From Azolla caroliniana (taxonomy: Eukaryota; Plantae; Polypodiophyta): a stretch of DNA of 64,000 nucleotides. A program made the position numbers and the translations under genes. The notes under the pieces were generated by a model. It was not told the DNA's origin and made no database searches. It was given only the letters and a program-made list of their open reading frames with translations. Below are positions 48,250 to 59,905 of this stretch, piece by piece; within the stretch, counting starts at the first letter, position 1, and every line of letters begins with the position of its first letter. Location of the stretch: NCBI GenBank assembly GCA_043228905.1, contig JBHGNT010000012.1, forward strand, positions 12,586,001 to 12,650,000, read 5' to 3'.

Positions 48250-49482
48250 TTAATCTTCCTCCAAAATGGCCCTGATGTTTGGTTCTGCTCCGGTGTCCAG
48301 GTCCAGGGACGGCGTAGGGCCCGTAGGCACGTCGTTGTGTGGTTCCCCTACTTCCTCGGGAGGGCTTCCCATGGTGTCGTTGGCTTCTTGTGTGGGCGGT
48401 ATGGGTTCTGTTGGCTCTTCTTGTGCTATTGTGGTTGGTTTAGCCGTCGGCGGGCTTGCGGTAGGTCGCGGTTCTGTCTCGTCCGTAACTTCCTCCGTGA
48501 TGTCAGTCGTAGTCGTACGCTTCGGTGAGTGGGGTTGGGGTTCCTCTTGGTCGGCGGTTTCTCTTTCTGGTATTGTGGGAGGCTCCACTCGCCGTTCCAT
48601 GCTGTCCACCGTAGTGGTAATTTCCGGCGACATGGGTTGAGGTTCCTCTTGTTCGGCAGTATCCGAAATTGGTATCGCGATGGATTCCTCGTTTGTTCGC
48701 GTGCTGCCGGCTTGCATGATCTGGTGAAACAGGTCCTCCTGACTTTCGCCAAAATCATTTAGTAGCTACACGAGTTCCTACGTTAGGTCCTCACGTACTG
48801 CCGCAATGCTTTCCTCATTGAGTTTGTAGAACCCGTGACCGTCTTTCCTTCGGTTCTCCCAGTCCGCCCGGTACATATGCAATTCCGCCGCTTGTGCGGC
48901 CCATGCCATCCATCCTTTGTCTAGAGCCGATTTTAATTGCGTCGTAAACCTCTCCCGATCCGTTTGCAGAAGTATGCGCACGTTCTCTGTTATTGCGTGG
49001 CAACGGTTGCGTGCTTCTTCTACGGATTTCTTGAGGTTTTTGATTTCTTGTTTACTAACCTAACCGTCGCCGCTTCCTCATAAGTGCTCCTCATTCCTGC
49101 CCATAGCTGAGATTCCTTCAAATGTAGTTCTTCCAGCTTTCCCATTTCATTGTTCAAGCGGATTTCTAGTTGATGCCTCCTCTCCTGTTCTCCAACCAGC
49201 TGCTCGTCGAACCATGCTTTCTTTTTGTCCAATAACGCACGGAGTCCCGTATTCGCCGCTTCCGATTTTTTCGCTTCCTCCCGTAGTTTGGTGTTTTCTT
49301 CTTTCGTGCGGGTGTGTGGTGCTACCTCCGCTGTGAGTTTCTCTTCAAGTGTTTTTACTGCCTTTCGGCCGTTGGCCCGGATGTCCTTCTCTCTGTCCAA
49401 GGACTAGCGAAGTTCGGAGCGGAGACGGTCAATCTCTGATTCCGCCAGTTGCACGGCCCATTTTGCTTTCGAGGCAATGGCG
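48250..49482 (-). pseudogene. ORF2 homolog of X (fragmented)
   Basis: WAAQAAELHMYRADWENRRKDGHGFYKLNEESIAAVREDL vs J WSQQAAELQTLRADAENRRKTGDKFYKMDEESIVAIREEL; ends ILEED vs ILEEE. Confidence 0.85.
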
Positions 49483-49484
49483 GT

Positions 49485-49496
49485 CCGGGTGTGCCA
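49485..49496 (-). promoter_or_regulatory. tRNA-Arg-type PBS after the middle Y LTR
   Basis: TGGCACACCCGG, 4 nt from the LTR end; same as 51864-51875. Confidence 0.75.
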
Positions 49497-49805
49497 AAAG
49501 TGTTGATGGGTGGGGGATGAAACCTAGAATGGCTTCACCCCCCTCCCAAGGGGGGTTACGTTAGAGAGCAAGAGCGAATAACAAATAGTAAATAACACCA
49601 AATGAGAGGGGAAAAAACTATATTCCTTATGTGCCCCCATAAGGGGTTTTTATAGTACATAATGTAACGGTAAATAATATGTCCATTACAAAAAGAGACC
49701 GTTACATTCACATAATTGTGCATGTACCGTCCTCACACATATCGAACAACCCCTTTAACGTGTTTTACCCTTATACCGCCCCGTACAACTCCTACGTGTA
49801 ACACA

Positions 49806-49845
49806 TGGCACGCCTGTGGGACAGTGCATCACACGGTGAACCCAC
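49806..49845 (-). other. tRNA-Arg 3'-half-like element at the PPT position of Y
   Basis: GTGGGTTCACCGTGTGATGCACTGTCCCACAGGCGTGCCA, then TG, then the LTR. Confidence 0.75.
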
Positions 49846-50279
49846 TCGCCATGGCAACTATTAACGACCGGAACTCCATCGGTCGTCTCAATGGTCGGAA
49901 ATCCATCGACTGGATCATAGCTCTACGATCGATAACTTCGATTGGAGCATTGCTTGACTCGAACCTTCTCGTTCTATCAGCATGTCGCTCAATTGGATCA
50001 CACACCAATTGGCTCCTCCATTGCGGCATGGGCCTTTCATGATTCTGTTACATGTATGTGTATTTTTTGGTTTCGTCATGTGAATTGAGCTTTGTATTTT
50101 GTACCCTTGGTCTCTAAAATTTTTACCCTCGAATTTTTTGAAATTTTATTTTAGGCCCTTGTGTTTTCGAAATTCTGCATTCTGCCCTCCAATTTTTGAA
50201 ATCTCAAGTCTTGCCCTTGAGCTTTTGAAATTTCATCTTCTCTGCCCTTATGTTTCTGAAACTTTCCCTTCATACCCCT

Positions 50280-50580
50280 CTTCTCTTTCTTCGTTTCCTT
50301 CTGTCTCCTCTTTTTCTTCTTTCTTTTCTTCTTGTGCGTTCTTCTCTTCTTCTGTTTCTTCTTCCTCTTCTCTGCTTCCTCGTTTCTGTCTCTGTTTCAC
50401 CTTTCTCCTTCTGTGTGCTTCCTGATTTTTTCTTTGATTCTTCTCGATTGCTTCTATTTCTTCTTCCTATTCTCTTCTATCTTCGTCTTCTTCTGTATCA
50501 TTATTGTCATCATCATCATCTTCTTCTTCTTCTTCTTCTTCGTCTTCTACTTCCTTCATCTCTTATTCCTTGTTCTTTCC
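50280..50580. repeat. Pyrimidine-rich low complexity, including (TTC)n/(ATC)n
   Basis: Direct inspection. Confidence 0.85.
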
Positions 50581-51120
50581 CTTGTTGGCTTGGATGATCC
50601 TGTCGGAGCCATGGCCGAGATCGGTGGAGCTCTCTCTCTCTCTGCTCTATCTTGGTCTAAGTCCATCCCGGTCATTTCTGTTTTGCCAGCCGCCGGCCGT
50701 GCCTGTCCGTCGGCTGTCGGACGCCAGGTGTCTCTGTCCGCAGGTGGCGTTGTTCACGGGCCGCCGGACCTCTATCCGGCTGTCGGAAGTCGTTTGTCAC
50801 CATCTACTGGCCGTCACTTGTCCGGTTGTCGCCGCTCTCTACAGGCTCTCCGTGCGGCAGCCGAACATTTTTCTGGCCGTTTGTCGGCTCTGTCCGTCGG
50901 CTATCGAGCATCGGCCGTTGCGAAGACCATCAGCCGGTGCTCATGACCCTGCCGGATGTCGGACTGGCTAGCCGCCTCTCTCCGTGGCCGTCTATCCGAC
51001 TCTCTTCAACTTGATATTTCAAGCCTACATGAACTTGAGCAGCGCCATGTCCGTCTCCTCATCTTCCTGGTCGTGCATCAGGATCCCGCCCCATACGTAG
51101 AATTTGTCTCCTAACTCCTA

Positions 51121-51680
51121 GTTGCCCGATCTGTCCAGGATGGTTCATTATGATCACCTGAGATGTGAGGTTCACAACTTCCCCGGTTGGGTCATTCTCA
51201 AACACAATATACCCTCTCTTATGATCCTTGGACAACGACATTCTTCACATTGAAGCTACAATTGTCACTAGATAGAGCCTCTAAGACTGCTTCATAATGC
51301 ATTTCCACACACTTAACTTAGGTAGTCAGTCCTATTGGTGCAAAGGTAACCACCATGCCAGGTTTGATTCTACCAGTCTCAACTAGTCGGACTGGAACAG
51401 TTCCAATACCACCGATCTTGTGAAAGGGTAGGTGGAGGAGAGGCTTATCAGATGACCTCTTTGGCGGAACTGGCCTCAAAACAACTGGTAGTTGAATCAA
51501 TGATCAAAACGCACAATCCGCATGTGAAGTTCCAGTGATCATGTTCTTGATTAAGTCACCCGGTCACCAACGGCATCAATGACAGCGCAACATTACTTAG
51601 TGACCTCAAACTTCCAGAAAGTGATCTCAATGGTAATGCCACGCTCCTGCTCAACCTTGAGCTTGTACAGTACCCAAGCA
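51121..51680 (-). pseudogene. EF1A: Elongation factor 1-alpha fragment
   Basis: [81 protein letters not shown]; stops, frameshifts and an internal deletion. Confidence 0.92.
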
Positions 51681-51765
51681 CGTGAGATTTCCATTGGCAG
51701 TTGTCTCCCACACAGACAATACACGCACAAAACCACACTCTTTTAACACAATGATTCGCAGACAC

Positions 51766-51809
<44 letters not shown>

Positions 51810-51863
51810 GTGATGGCGAGGGAGAGTGAGGGAGTGACTTCTTCTTAAGGTAGGGTCGGTCGT

Positions 51864-51875
51864 CCGGGTGTGCCA
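51864..51875 (-). promoter_or_regulatory. tRNA-Arg-type PBS of Y
   Basis: TGGCACACCCGG after the 5' LTR. Confidence 0.78.
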
Positions 51876-52225
51876 AAAGTGTTGATGGGTGGGGGGTGAA
51901 ACCTAGAATGGCTTCACCCCCCTCCCCAAGGGGGTTACGTTAGAGAGCAAGAGAGAATGACAAATAGGAAATGACACCAAATGAGAGGGAAAAACCCAAA
52001 TTCTTTATGTGCCCCCCTAAGGGGTTTTTATAGTACATAATGTAACGGTAAATAACATGTCCGTTACAAAAAGAGATCATTACATGCTTGTCACATGCAC
52101 ATAATTGTGCATGTGCTTCTACACATACTCATCCTCACACTCATATACATTACACATATCGAACAACCATTTTAATGTGTTTTACCTTTATACCGCCCTG
52201 TACAACTCCTACGGGTAATAAAGGA

Positions 52226-52884
52226 ATAAGACACGAAACGGAAGCTTAGCTCAAGAGGAGAGGAGAATGATTATGACTTGAAGATTGAACAAGAGACGGA
52301 TGGAGGCAAAATACTCAACAAGTTATATTAAGAAAACACAAACGAATACAACCATGGCGGCATAGGCCAAAACCCAACGACTACAAGAAACCCTAACCGG
52401 ATAAGGAAACCAAGTAAAGAAGATAAATAAGGAAACCCTAACCCTAAACCGAAATGGGAATAAGAAAAACCCTAGAACTATGTGGTATACCTTTCACACT
52501 AAAAAATAGGCAACCCCTTCACAAGTGACCCCTCACTCCCTTTTATAGTAGTAAGGAGTGAGCACATTACAAGAGGGAGTCAAATCACCTTTTATTTAAT
52601 GGGGAATATCTCCCTTTATCTTAAATCGATGGGCCTTAGCTCTCTCTCTCCTATCACATTCACTCTCAATGCCCACTACTCATTCTACTCTACAAAATGC
52701 ACATCATATTTATGCCTCTACGAACTTCGTGGTGCACCTTTAGTACCTTAGATTATTACCTTTCCCATTACATTTTGTTTACTTATTCTTATTACACAAA
52801 TTTACAAGTGCATGTGCAATGTTGCACATCCCCATTTTATTTGTCCCTCCCGATTTTCTCACACTAGCCGAAATCTTCACGACA
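52226..52884 (-). repeat. Remainder of the Z 5' LTR
   Basis: Matches 43853-44524. Confidence 0.9.
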
Positions 52885-52888
52885 CCAC

Positions 52889-55800
52889 GTTATACGTGAA
52901 AGGACAAAAGGTCAAATCGGATATCAACCTGTGGCACAAGTGGTTCAGCCACGTAAATTTCCCACGGCTTCGTGAGATGTGGACGAAGAACATTGTTTTC
53001 GACTTGCCGAAATTTTACGGCCGTAATGGCCAAGTCTGCGAAGTCTGTCAGATGGGAAAACATCACCGACTTCCATTCCCCAATGAGTGTAATCGGAGTC
53101 AAAATCCGCTCAATTTAATCCATTCGGATGTGTGGGGACCGGCACAAAACGTGAGTCTCGGTGGAAGCCGTTACTTTGTAACCTTCATCGACGACTTCAC
53201 TCGGCACACGTGGGTATGCACGATCGCGAAGAACAGTGAAGTCTTCGCATGTTTCCTTCCTAAAGGTGAAGAGCCTTGCGGAAAGGGAAACAAGGCATAA
53301 GATCAAATGCCTACGATCCGATGGTGGGAAGGAGTACTTCTCCGACCAGTTCATGAGTTATCTATAGAAGGAAGGAATTCGGTGTGAATTCTCGTGTAGA
53401 TATACGCCGGAGCAAAAGAACGTAGTCGAAAGGAGGAATCAGACAATCGAAGAAGCAGCCAGGGCAATGCTTGAAGAGAAGCATATGCCGAAATTTTATT
53501 GGGCCGAAGCCGTGAAGACGGCTGTGTACTTGCAGAATCGAACTTCTGCTAATGGAGGAGTGTCGCCACATGAGCTGTATTTCGGGAAGAAGTTGAATTT
53601 GGCACACTTGAGGATTTTCGGTAACATTGCATATGTGCATGTGCCGAAGGAGAAGAGGAGGAAGTTGGACGCCAAAGCCGAAAAGTGCATCTTAGTCTAC
53701 TACTTAGACGAATAGAAGGGGTATAAATGCTATAACCCCCGAACAAAGGAAGTACGCGTAAGTCGTGATGTCGTGTTCAACGAATCCGCTTCGTGGTACT
53801 TGCCTTCACCTCCAATACCTCACGACTCCATTCCAAATTCTGAGGAAGAAGTCAGCGAGTCTGAGATGCCTCTGCATGATGAGGAAATCGGATCTCTGAG
53901 AGAGAGTCCAATCTCATTTCGGCTAAGTGGACCGAATGAGGGGTTGGGCCGAAATGGCCAACCTATTGAAGAGACGGTGAGTAGTGGAGACTCGATTGTG
54001 ATGTCCCCGCGTAAAGAACCGAGGAGACAGTTTACGTGCAAGGAGAAGGGCAAGAAGAAAATGCCAGAGTACGATTTCGGCAGCGCCGAGTCAGTTCGAA
54101 GTGAATCTGACATCGAGCCGATCGTAAAGGAACCTCCGCGGCAGAGGTCAAAATCGGCTGAAAAGGTCGTGAAATCGAGTAATCACAAATTATGTTCATC
54201 TACCCGCCTGAAGAACCCCATGAAGAGATACGGGTACAATGAATACATGGCGCACCATTATGCATACATGACGCGAGTGGCGGAAGTGCGTGAGCCAGGG
54301 AGCTACGCAGAAGCAGCAAAAGACGCAAATTGGCGTGTTGCAATGGAGGAAGAGATGTGCGCTTTAACGCAGAATGAGACGTGGGACCTAGTTGACACAC
54401 CAAAGGGTGTGAAGCTGATTGGATGTAGGTGGGTGTACAAGGTCAAATACAACACGGACGGCTCTGTCAACCGCAGAAAGGCTACGCGCAGAAGCACGGT
54501 GTGGATTACAATGAGACCTTCGCGTCAGTCGCGAAGATGACCACCATGTGTGTTTTGCTAGATGTAGTTGTGGCGAAGGGGTGGCACTTACATCAAATGG
54601 ATGTAAAGAACATGTTCCTGCAAGGTGATCTTGAGGAACAGGTGTACATGATACAACCCCCCGGATTTCTATCCGAACAAAACACTTCGGTAGTTTGCCA
54701 ACTGAAGAAGTCACTTTACGGACTCAAGCAAGCCCCGCGAGCTTGGAACGCGAAGATTATGCAACGGTTGCGTAGAATGGGTTTTGCGTCGTCGAAGTCG
54801 GACTCGTCACTGTTTGTTCGGCAAGGTCAACATAGCCCGGTAAGTCTTCTATTGTATGTTGATGATTTAGTCATCGCCGGTGCCAACCTGAACGAAATCC
54901 GCCGTGTAAAGTCTCAACTTGCGGCATCATTCGAAATGAAGGATCTCAGAGACCTTCATTACTTCCTCGGGATCAAAGTGATCCACACCCCCGAAGGCAT
55001 ATTTATAAGCCAGCGTCATTACGCGTTGAATATCCTCTTCAAGTTCGGGAGGACAGACTATAAACCCATCTCGACCCCTCTGGATAGGAACGTGAAGCTT
55101 CGCCCATATTCGGGAAAAGCATGTGACCCAACACGATTCCGACAGATTGTCGGAAGCCTCATCTATTTGACTATTACTCGGTCGGACCTCAGTTACCCAG
55201 TTGGATTGATCAATCAATTCATGTCGCAGCCTACGGCCGAACACTTTCATTGCACGCAAAGGATATTGTGATATGTCAGCGGCACGAACGACATGGCGTT
55301 GCTATATCGGGCAGGCGTAGCCGAACAGTTAGTCGGCTACACGGATGCCAATTGGGCCGGAAACGCCCACGATCGTAGATCCACATCTGGATACGCATTC
55401 TCTCTAGGAAGTGCGGCGATCACGTGGAGCAGTAAGAAGCAACCAACAGTAGCAATGTCGAGCACGGAGGCCGAGTATCGAGGGGCGATTGTCGCTACGT
55501 TCGAAGTGATTTGGCTAAAACGGCTATTACGGGATTTGCATGTAGAGGTGTCTGATCCGACGACGATCTATTGTGACAACCTCAGCAGTATCCACCTTGC
55601 GAAAAACCCTGTGTTCCATGCCCAGACCAAGCACATTGAGGTGCATTAGCATTTTGTCCGCGAGCGGGTCCTTTCAGGTGAAGTCGAACCGGTGCATGTT
55701 CCGACTGATCGGCAAGTTGCCGACATCTTCACCAAGCCTCTTGGTCTCGACAAGTTACGGAATTTCTCGGGTGATCTTGGGTTGCGTCACCTCTACACGC

Positions 55801-56300
55801 CGAACATGAGGGGGAGAAAGGAAGAACAGGAACAAGAGCGTCAAAGGAGCGGAAGTGGTCATCGCGGCGGAAGTGACCGTGACGAGGAATCGGATGAAGA
55901 ATTCGATTTCGAACCGGCTAAAGAAACCGAAGAAAGAAGCAAGGGTCGTAATCGTAGGAAAGAGTCAAAGACAGCCGAATCAGGGGGAGGTAAGGCCAAG
56001 ATGAAGATGTGGTCGGAAGTTGTCAAAGGCCTAAAGACAAGAGACGAATTGGAGACAGCCAATTCGGATGAGAGCGGAATTGAATCGGAAGTGTTCGATT
56101 CAATCGGAATGTTTGATTTGGATATGCCGAATCAATTGAAGGTCATGCGGAGGAAACGACAACGAAGGACGTGCCAACACCGCGACAGCAAGGAAGCTGA
56201 GAAGGGCCGGATGAGCAGACAAGCCGACCGGAAGGGTCGAGGCGCGCGGATTCGAACAAGTCGAGGAGCGCGAGCAAGGCGTGAAGCCAAGAGGAGCTAG
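52889..56300 (+). pseudogene. C integrase-RT-RNase H plus C-terminal extension
   Basis: IHSDVWGP, YVDD, YTDANWAG, ADIFTK; many stops. Confidence 0.88.
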
Positions 56301-56351
56301 AGCGAAGATCCGGAAGAATAGGTGGAGCCTCAAGTTGAGCTTGAGGGGGAG

Positions 56352-56743
56352 TGTTGAGTAACAAGCTCAACATCGGGTGCGTAATACGGCGCGTAACCCA
56401 GTGCGTAGATTGGACGCGTAAGTTAGTACGCACAACTTGGTCGTATCGGTGCGTAAACCGAAAGGCCATTAGAGAGATACTCCTCGTAAGGAATGATTTT
56501 GGGAGTGAATGTCGTGGCTCATTTATGAGCGGTCAAGTATTGTTAGTACTTGTGTCAGCCCAATTGTCAAGGCTTGTATAAAATGTGCTCACTTAGCACA
56601 AAGCCTGTACAGACTGAGAATTATTTTGAATAGAGTTGTGTGTCTACTCTCTGTCTTTGTCTCTTCCTCTCCCTCTCCATCTCTGTGTTTTCTGCGTTTA
56701 GCGAACTGTGTACTCTGTGTTTACGCACACGTATTCTTCTACA
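56352..56743 (+). repeat. 3' LTR of C
   Basis: PPT upstream, TG..CA termini. Confidence 0.92.
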
Positions 56744-56748
56744 AGAGG

Positions 56749-59445
56749 AATGTGAGCAAAGACGTACTCGACGTAATTCATTCTTATGTATGAGGACCAG
56801 CTTAGACGGCAACATTCGGAGGATGTCGATGCTATGTCACCTTTATCAACGACTTCTCCAAGCATACATGGATCTTCCGCATGTGACAGAAAAGTGAAGT
56901 GTTCTCACACTTCCAAAAATTCAAGAGTGGGGTCGAAAAGGAGACATGTTGACATGTACGATGTCTTCGATCAAACGGAGGAAAAGAGTACTTCTCCGAC
57001 AAATTTTCGGTGCTTCTCCGAAAAGAAGGAATTTGTTGAGAGTTTTCATGTCGACATACACCGCAACAAAACGGAGTAGCCGAATGCAAAAATCGACACA
57101 TCCTCGAAGTAGCACAGGCCTTGATGAACGAAAAGAATATGCCAAAGTCATATTGGGCCGAAGCAGCAAATACTAACTTTTACCTCATAAACCGGTGCAC
57201 AACATCCAATGTGCACAAGGTTACCTCACATGAAAAGTAATATGGAAAGAAGCCGGATATGTCCCATGTTAGTATATTCGGCTCACTTGCATACATGTAC
57301 ATCCCTGACGAGAAGTGGCAAAACCTACATCCCAAGTTAGAGAAATGTATCCTCGTTGGATACTCATTGGAGGAAGAGGGGTACAAATGCTTCAACCCCT
57401 CTACTTGGAAGGTTCGAGTGAGTCAAGATGTTGTTTTCGACGAATTGACATCCTGGTACAAACCAGAGACAATTCTAACTCCGACCCCAGGCAACCCGGA
57501 ATCGGCCGAACAAGAGATAGAAGATGGAGATTGACTTGAGCATATGTTCGAAGAAAGCCTGATTACGACAAGGATTAGTGAGCCACAAGAGCCCCCACAA
57601 GACCAAAGCACATCTCGGCCTAGTCCGATGATTGGACAAAGGCAAGGTGAAAATGTCGGAATATGAAGACGATCAATTCGACGGCAACGAATCAACTCAC
57701 TTCCTCAATAGTGAGTTAAGTGGCTTTGATGTACCTATCATGAGGGCACTTGGTGTAAAGAAAGCCATGTACATGGCAAACAAGAAACTCCGTCGCTCCA
57801 CCCGTGAGAAGAATCATGTGAGTTGATTCGGCTACAACAATTATATGGCATACCATTATGGGTCGAGAACCGGAAAGTTTTTCTGAAGCAAGCCAAGGAT
57901 GCACGATGGGTTGAAGCAATGAACAAAGAGATGCATGCACTATGCAAGAACGAGACATGGGATCTCGTTCCCCACTCAGCGCACAACAAGGCAATCGGCT
58001 GCAGATGGATTTACAAAGTGAAGTATAATGCCGACGGCTCCATAAACCGCTACAAAGCTCGACTTGTAGCAAAAGGATAGGCACAAACACATGGAGTCGA
58101 CTATGAAGAGACCTTTGCCCCGATGGCAAAGATGACGACTGTGCAGAGCATGATTGCACTTGCTGCAACAAAAGGATGGCACCTCCATCAGATGGACGTC
58201 AAGAACGCCTTTCTTCAAGGCAAATTAGAAGAGGAGGTGTACATGGTACAATCACCCGGTTTCGAATTCAACATTCATTCGAAAGTCGTCTGCCGAGTCA
58301 AGAAGCCTCTCTACGGCCTTAAGCAAGCACCACGTGCTTGGCATTCGAAGATAACACAATATCTTCATCGAATCGGCTTCTAAATGTCGAAATCCAACAA
58401 CTCCCTCTACATAAGAAGCGATCTGAGAAGTCAAATTGTCATCATTCTATATGTTGATGATTTGGTCATTAACGCCATTACTTCCTTGGCATCGAGGTTA
58501 TTCAGACTCCATTCGGCATTATGATCTCCCAACGACACTACTATACAAGTTCAGGATGACTGAGTGCAAATTATGGCAACACCTCTCGATCAAAACCTCA
58601 AACTGGATGTCGACTCCGGCACCACATAGTGTGAGCTGACTCAGTATCGACAACTAATTGGAAACCGCATCTATCTCACGATCACTCGACTCGACCTTAG
58701 CTACCCGGTCGGTCTCCTTATCCAATTCATGCAAAAACCACGAGACATTCCCTTGGATTGCGTTAAGTGAGTATTACAATATGTGAGTGGCATAATGGAT
58801 TGTGGTATTCTCTACGAATCGGCCACACCAATTCGACTCGAATGGTACATAGATTCTGACTGGGCCGGCTACAGAGCCGATCGACGATTGGCCTTCAGAT
58901 TTGTTTTCTCCCTTGGCAGCGGGCAGCGGAGCAATATCTTGGAGTAGTAAGAAGCAACCGATTGTTGAACTTTCGAGCATAAAGGCCGAATACAGGGGAG
59001 CGGTTGTGGCTGCATGTGAAGCCGTATGGCTCAAGAGGATTTTAAAGGATCTGGGCGTTTCCATCAAGGATATGACTCCGCTCTACTACGACAACATGAG
59101 CAGTATTTATTTGGCTTGGAACTCGTTGTTCCACGCACGCACGAAGCATATCGAAGTGCACTATCACTTCATTCGAGAGCGCATTCAAGCAAGAGATGTC
59201 GACCTTCAACACATCAACACACATCTTTAGACAACGAACACCTTAACCAAAGCCTTAAGAGCTGACAAGCTTCGGCAATTCATGTCAGACCTTGGATTGA
59301 CGATCCCTGACTTGCCAATCTTGAGGGGGAGTACAAGAGAGAACCGGGTACCAACCGAAGCGGGCACCAGATATCGTTCGAACCGGATACTAGCCGAAGC
59401 GGACATCAACCGAAAGGAGCCGATCAAGTTGAGCTTGAGGGGGCG
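56749..59445 (+). pseudogene. E integrase-RT-RNase H (segment 3)
   Basis: Continues HPFPKE|NVSKDVLDVIHS; HQMDVKNAFL, SSKKQP; heavily decayed. Confidence 0.88.
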
Positions 59446-59905
59446 TGTATAGAATCAAGCTCAACTTATCCTTGTGTGTGAACACACCCTTTGAGAATCT
59501 ATGAGCACTTAAAAGGTCAAAAGTCACACCACCACTCTCTACACATTAACTATGTGTCATAGAATCATATTCTATGACACATAACGAATGAGTTTCATAT
59601 TCCCCATGACTAATGAGTCTCCACATTCCCCAAGAGAGAGTGGTTGTTGTAGTGAGTTAATGAAGAGAGAGGGTGACCTTATATAAAGCACCCTCTTACT
59701 TCATTCAGGGTCGATTGTCCTCCCTTGTAATGTTACATTTTTGTATCTCATATTCCTTGTTAATATACATCTTCTTCTTGAGTATTCTATTTTTCCATTC
59801 TATGTAATCTAACTTGTGTTTTCTCTCCTCTCCTCTCTCCTACACATACACACACACATAACACACATCTCTTCCACTACACAAAATCATATTCAATTGT
59901 TTACA
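59446..59905 (+). repeat. 3' LTR of E
   Basis: Pairs with 10381-10839. Confidence 0.92.

Larger units (their letters stand above)
47734..52220 (-). mobile_element. Composite X/Y insertion in the Z LTR
   Basis: Perfect TSD AAGGA (47729-47733, 52221-52225); three LTRs of two types. Confidence 0.8.
49501..52220 (-). mobile_element. Non-autonomous element Y with captured cargo
   Basis: LTRs 51880-52220 and 49501-49803, PBS 51864-51875, no gag/pol, eEF1A fragment inside. Confidence 0.8.
43774..52884 (-). mobile_element. Non-autonomous gag-only Gypsy-like element Z
   Basis: LTR 43774-44524 and split LTR 47655-47733 + 52226-52884; 4-bp TSD CCGC/CCAC; tRNA-Trp-like PBS 47633-47650; G-rich PPT 44525-44536; gag ATG 47610; no pol. 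Confidence 0.8.
22211..56743 (+). mobile_element. Copia C (interrupted by D and Z)
   Basis: 5' LTR split into 22211-22246 + 41928-42304, 3' LTR 56352-56743, TSD AGAAG/AGAGG, PBS 42305-42316, PPT 56341-56351. Confidence 0.88.
10381..59905 (+). mobile_element. Copia E, old base element of the nest
   Basis: LTRs 10381-10839 and 59446-59905, PBS 10840-10851, PPT 59435-59445, decayed TSD GGTAG/AGTAA; coding sequence resumes across the insertions of F and C. Confidence 0.85.

Noticed and set aside
49806-49845. Genuine tRNA gene
   Set aside because: No D-arm, anticodon arm or A box; CCA is encoded; T-loop is interrupted
50099-50971. Phe/Ser/Leu-rich ORFs as membrane proteins
   Set aside because: Products of CT-rich low complexity
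51121-51680. Functional EF1A gene
   Set aside because: Stops, frameshifts, missing both termini and a large internal block
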